Source: Promethearchaeota archaeon
GTDB lineage: Archaea > Asgardarchaeota > Lokiarchaeia > Sigyniarchaeales > SOKP01
Direction: 5' to 3'
DNA: 42,765 nt
NCBI GenBank assembly: GCA_019057865.1
Contig: JAHLWP010000035.1
Location: 1-42,765 of the forward strand
The position numbers were made by a program, and so were the translations under genes. Under the pieces are notes generated by a model. That model was not told where the DNA came from, made no database searches, and saw only the letters and a program-made list of their open reading frames with translations. Below, piece by piece: positions 38,855-42,765 of this stretch. Within the stretch, counting starts at the first letter, position 1. Each line of letters opens with the position of its first letter.

Positions 38855-41800
38855 TCATAACTTCTCTAATTCATTTATTAACTCATCTGATTTATGTAGA
38901 TCACACCTTAATTCTTCATGGAAATCAATTAAAGAATTGAGAGCTCTCTTCAAATTTAATTTTACAATCTTTTCGAACTTATCCTTATATTCTTTAGTAA
39001 GACCTATTAGGTCCTCAAATAATTCATAATTAATAACAAAACAATTTTTTCTTAAGACGATATTATCATTTAAAGGTATATTTTTTATTCTTGTATCCCA
39101 TGATTTATGCCATCTAATACCAACAATAAAAAAAAATAAATTTTTATTTTGGTACTTGCTAATCTTCTTTTTGATATTTTCTTCCGATACATCATTTGTA
39201 AAATCAAATATAACAGCACATATATTAGCTATTGTTCTCAAGTCTAATCCAATTTCATTTATAAGCTTATTTCTATTAATATTAAATGATAAAACTTTTT
39301 GGAAAACTTCTTTCATTATTAATCCATCAGGGCCCTTATTGCTATCTTTTAAATATCTGGGTTCTGAATAATATTTCTCATTTAAAATTTTATCAAAAAA
39401 ATCAGTCAGTAAGAAGTTAATACAATTATGAGATTCATTTCCTATGTCCAGATAATCTTCATTTGGAAATCTAATCTTATACGCTTTTCGATTGTCTTTA
39501 AAGAACTTCAAAGCTATAAACCATACAGAAGAATGAGAAACATTATTTTTCCTGGCAATTTCTCTAATATTTAATTTTGAATTAATAATATCCTTCTTTA
39601 TTTGATCCCTTTTATTTTTAGGTAAATGATGTCTATTGAATTTCTGCCTATAAATATCCCTCTTATCTTTATAAAGATCATTTGCCATTCTATACACAGA
39701 CATAGGGGAAACTGAAGATAATTGAGCAATTTTTTGTAGAGTATAAGGATTCTTTTTCTCTAATTCTATCAATATATTTTCTTTTTGGGCTTTTGTAATA
39801 TAATTACTTGTTGGGGCCCATTTCTTATGATATAGATAGATATTCTCTTTATAAAGACTTAAAGCAATCCTAATAATTGTACGTTGAGACACTGAGAATA
39901 TCTTAGCAATTTTTCTCAAGGAGGGCGGATTTTTTTTTTTAAGTTCAGTTATTATTTTTTCTTTTTTTGTGTTTGATATCCTAGCATTCTTTGCTGGAAA
40001 CCGTTCTTTGTATAGGTTATATTTATCATAATATACCTTTTTCAGAGCTATTTTCCTAATTGTTACATAACTAATATACAAACCAATTGATTTTAGTAAA
40101 GTTGCAATTTTATTCAGAGAATATTTAGATGTCTTAATAATTTCAATAATTAGCCTTGTAAACTCCTGATTTTCATTTATGTTTTTACAAGCTTTTAACA
40201 ACAAGTTTTTTTGAATTTGAGAAGAAAAGCAATTAAATTTTAACCAATCTTTAAATTCATTTTTGATAGTGGAACCAAAGTTGGCAGGTCTATCTGAAGT
40301 ATTGTAATACCTTAAGAAGAAAGAATATATAATGAGGATATTCTTTAAATCTAATTTTTTTAAGTATCGAATTAATAAAATTCTATTTGAGCCTTTTCTA
40401 ATATTTATTGCTTTTTGCTTAAAATGAGTTATATTAGGAGGTGGTACAGTAGCGATCTCGTTATTTTTCTTTTTATGTTTCATATATAATGCATTTTCTC
40501 TATGATTTAATTTTTTCTTATAATTTATTAACCCCACTGATTTTATTGGTGAAATATTATAAATTAATTTTCGAATGTGCTTAGCATGAAGTTGTTTAAA
40601 TTTAGAAATATTTATTGAGTGTTGTTTTAAGACTTCATATTTATTGGAAAGATGTCTGAGAAACTTGTATTTTATTTCGTTAATTAACCAAGGATTCCAC
40701 CAATGACTTTCTTGAAAATATGCTTTAAATCCTCTTATATTCAAATATAAATGTAAATAAATTGGATTTATATGTCGGAGTTTCTTTATAATAGATAGCA
40801 ATTCCTCTCTTTCCATTTCAGTTAATTCTCCATTTTCATATTTTTTATATAATTCTTCTAAATCTTCATAATCTTGAAAATTATGAAGTATCTCTTTCAG
40901 AATTTCTTTAATTTCAGAGCTGAGCTCTTCTTCGGTAGATCCTTCTATCCACTTTTTAAGTTTCTTTTGCCATTTCTCTTCTTGTTTTTCTCTCTCTTCT
41001 AATTGTTTAGTTTTTAAATCTTGTTGTTCTAACCATTGGCTAAATCCTTTGGTGTCTTTTCCAGCATATATTGGTCTTTTACCAGTTTCTTGGCGATATA
41101 ATTGCTGGAGCTGTTCGTATTCTTCTTCCTTTGTTTCCTCGCTTTCTGACTTTTTTTCTTTCTCTATGGTCTCCTTAATTCTTTCTTGATAAGACTGCAC
41201 TTCATCTACTTCGATATCATCTAATTCTGTGTAGACATCTTCTTCTGGTTCTTTTCTATCCATTTCTTGACGCGCTTCTAGGTTTTCATCGTTATCATAA
41301 ACAGAGATTTGCCCATTTTGTTCTTGTCCTTCAAGAGCCAAATGTTCTTCATCAATTTCAGCCTGTTCAATTTTTAGTTCTTCACTCACATCTTTTATAT
41401 GTTCATTTTGTTGGTTTTCTTCTATTTCAACAAGGAAAAAATTATCTGCGAGTTCTTCCATTTTTTCATCGATTTCTTCTTGATATTTTCCTTGTTGGTA
41501 TAATTCTTCTTCACTATCTGCTAAATATTCTATCGCATCTACCCTATCGATCTCTTCTCTTACATCCTCTTCATCTTCTTCATCTTCATGGTCAACTGAC
41601 TTTAATTTCTCTTTTTCTTGATGTTCATAGAGCTTTTCAACACTTTTTAAGAGGTTATAAGTTTCTTCTGCTTCCTGCATTAAATTCCTTATTTCTTCAG
41701 AACTATTCCCTTCTTGTTCATACTGTTCGTACTTTTCCCAAAGATAATCAAACTCTTCTGGCTCTATCTCTGCTTCTTCTGATGTATCATTGACATCTTC

Positions 41801-42765
41801 CCCTTGTGCATCACCAGAAAGTATTTCCTCAATATGCTCTTCCTTCTGATCTTCTGTAATTTCTTTTTCTTGTTCCTCTAATTCTTGGGCCTCTTCCTTT
41901 TCTTCTTTATTACTATTTCTTTCTTTAATTTCCCTATAAGCTTGCTCTGCATTAAAAGCAGTATTATCATTTTCTTCTTCAGGATAGCCTAACTTCTCAT
42001 CATATTCTTTCAGCATGCGCCCCAATTCTTCCATATCCCTAACAAATTCTATCTCTTCGGTATCAATAATAGGATCTTGGTCATTTTCGTATTCTTCTGG
42101 ATCTATCTCTATTGCTTCTTCTTCATTTCCTAGGTGTTCATCTTCCTCCTCAGTATATTCCTCACTTTCAGCCTGAAGTTCTTCCTGATTTTCTCCTTCT
42201 ATTTCGGATTTTTCAGGTATTAATACAGTACTTTGAGAGCCGATATTTTCATATTCCTCTTCCATCTCATTAAATTGCTCATCAAATTCCTTATCAAGCT
42301 CCTCATCCGTTACTTCCTCCATCTCATCAAATTGCTCATCAAACTCCTTATCAAGCTCCTCATCCGTTACTTCCTCCATCTCATCAAATTGCTCATCGAA
42401 CTCCTTATCAAGCTCCTCATCCGTTATTTCTCCCATCTCGTTAAATTGCTCATCGAACTCCTTATCAAGCTCCTCATCCGTTATTTCTCCCATCTCATCA
42501 AATTGCTCATCGAACTCCTCATCGCTCCTGTCTGCTAACTCATCCATCTCATGAAATCCTCCATTAAATCCCTCATCAGTCTCATCTGTTAATTCTTCCA
42601 TTTCATGAAATCCTCCATTAAATCCCTCATCAGTCTCATCTGTTAATTCTTCCATTTCATGAAATCCTCCATTAAATCCCTCATCAATCTCATCTGTTAC
42701 CTCTTCCATCTCATGAAATCCTTCATCAAACTCCTCATCGCTCTCAGTATTTAATTCATCCTGTT
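38855..42765 (-). CDS. Giant modular protein (>1300 aa, 5' end outside the window): acidic repeats, four HTH repeats, C-terminal PD-(D/E)xK-like domain
   Basis: The frame stays open from 42709 to the window edge. D/E-rich N-terminal half; HTHs SLNKIA, SLRKIA..FSVS..TI, TLQKIA..SSVS..SV, NIREIA..NNVS..SV; tip G.ESH...SE....PDGLI...FDFT...K..KY. Confidence 0.8.
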   Translation of the reverse strand, partial: QDELNTESDEEFDEGFHEMEEVTDEIDEGFNGGFHEMEELTDETDEGFNGGFHEMEELTDETDEGFNGGFHEMDELADRSDEEFDEQFDEMGEITDEELDKEFDEQFNEMGEITDEELDKEFDEQFDEMEEVTDEELDKEFDEQFDEMEEVTDEELDKEFDEQFNEMEEEYENIGSQSTVLIPEKSEIEGENQEELQAESEEYTEEEDEHLGNEEEAIEIDPEEYENDQDPIIDTEEIEFVRDMEELGRMLKEYDEKLGYPEEENDNTAFNAEQAYREIKERNSNKEEKEEAQELEEQEKEITEDQKEEHIEEILSGDAQGEDVNDTSEEAEIEPEEFDYLWEKYEQYEQEGNSSEEIRNLMQEAEETYNLLKSVEKLYEHQEKEKLKSVDHEDEEDEEDVREEIDRVDAIEYLADSEEELYQQGKYQEEIDEKMEELADNFFLVEIEENQQNEHIKDVSEELKIEQAEIDEEHLALEGQEQNGQISVYDNDENLEARQEMDRKEPEEDVYTELDDIEVDEVQSYQERIKETIEKEKKSESEETKEEEYEQLQQLYRQETGKRPIYAGKDTKGFSQWLEQQDLKTKQLEEREKQEEKWQKKLKKWIEGSTEEELSSEIKEILKEILHNFQDYEDLEELYKKYENGELTEMEREELLSIIKKLRHINPIYLHLYLNIRGFKAYFQESHWWNPWLINEIKYKFLRHLSNKYEVLKQHSINISKFKQLHAKHIRKLIYNISPIKSVGLINYKKKLNHRENALYMKHKKKNNEIATVPPPNITHFKQKAINIRKGSNRILLIRYLKKLDLKNILIIYSFFLRYYNTSDRPANFGSTIKNEFKDWLKFNCFSSQIQKNLLLKACKNINENQEFTRLIIEIIKTSKYSLNKIATLLKSIGLYISYVTIRKIALKKVYYDKYNLYKERFPAKNARISNTKKEKIITELKKKNPPSLRKIAKIFSVSQRTIIRIALSLYKENIYLYHKKWAPTSNYITKAQKENILIELEKKNPYTLQKIAQLSSVSPMSVYRMANDLYKDKRDIYRQKFNRHHLPKNKRDQIKKDIINSKLNIREIARKNNVSHSSVWFIALKFFKDNRKAYKIRFPNEDYLDIGNESHNCINFLLTDFFDKILNEKYYSEPRYLKDSNKGPDGLIMKEVFQKVLSFNINRNKLINEIGLDLRTIANICAVIFDFTNDVSEENIKKKISKYQNKNLFFFIVGIRWHKSWDTRIKNIPLNDNIVLRKNCFVINYELFEDLIGLTKEYKDKFEKIVKLNLKRALNSLIDFHEELRCDLHKSDELINELEKL
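42262..42520 (-). repeat. 57-bp coding tandem repeat (about 4.5 copies; EMEEVTDEELDKEFDEQFD)
   Basis: CCTCATCCGTTA recurs at 42301, 42358, 42415 and 42472. Confidence 0.95.
42541..42730 (-). repeat. 54-bp coding tandem repeat (about 3.5 copies; EMEELTDETDEGFNGGFH)
   Basis: ATGAAATCC recurs at 42551, 42605, 42659 and 42713. Confidence 0.95.

Noticed and set aside
42262-42730. CRISPR array
   Set aside because: The units are head-to-tail with no unique spacers, are in frame within a coding sequence, and no cas genes are present.

Overview
AT-rich archaeal chromosomal window, most consistent with an Asgard archaeon of the Lokiarchaeia type. The assignment is inferred from an archaeal 16S rRNA together with a profilin, Rab-like and MglA-like small GTPases, two tandem-roadblock proteins, a DENN-like protein and a RING-like protein. 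Most of the window is core information-processing genes: RPA subunits, aIF-2beta, NMD3, RIO1, Pno1, FtsZ, PAC2, Rpo12, TFB, PyrH, aIF-1, Tsr3, thermosome, YchF, and a 16S rRNA plus tRNA-Ala unit with no 23S behind it. The strongest signal lies outside the ORF track. Five of six tRNA genes are interrupted, carrying 10 short bulge-helix-bulge (BHB)-type introns in total, mostly at non-canonical positions. tRNA-Asn(GTT) reassembles by hand from five exons (four introns, one 4-nt micro-exon, an intron at 63/64, and an apparent splicing order), and introns in different tRNAs share sequence motifs. Other highlights: the aIF-1/SUI1 gene has no ATG/GTG/TTG before its conserved N-terminus and appears to start at ATT, suggesting autoregulation like bacterial infC; a roadblock/DENN-like/MglA operon; and a giant protein with acidic repeats, tandem HTHs and a nuclease-like tip, cut by the window edge. 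All calls come from reading the sequence by eye; no searches were run.
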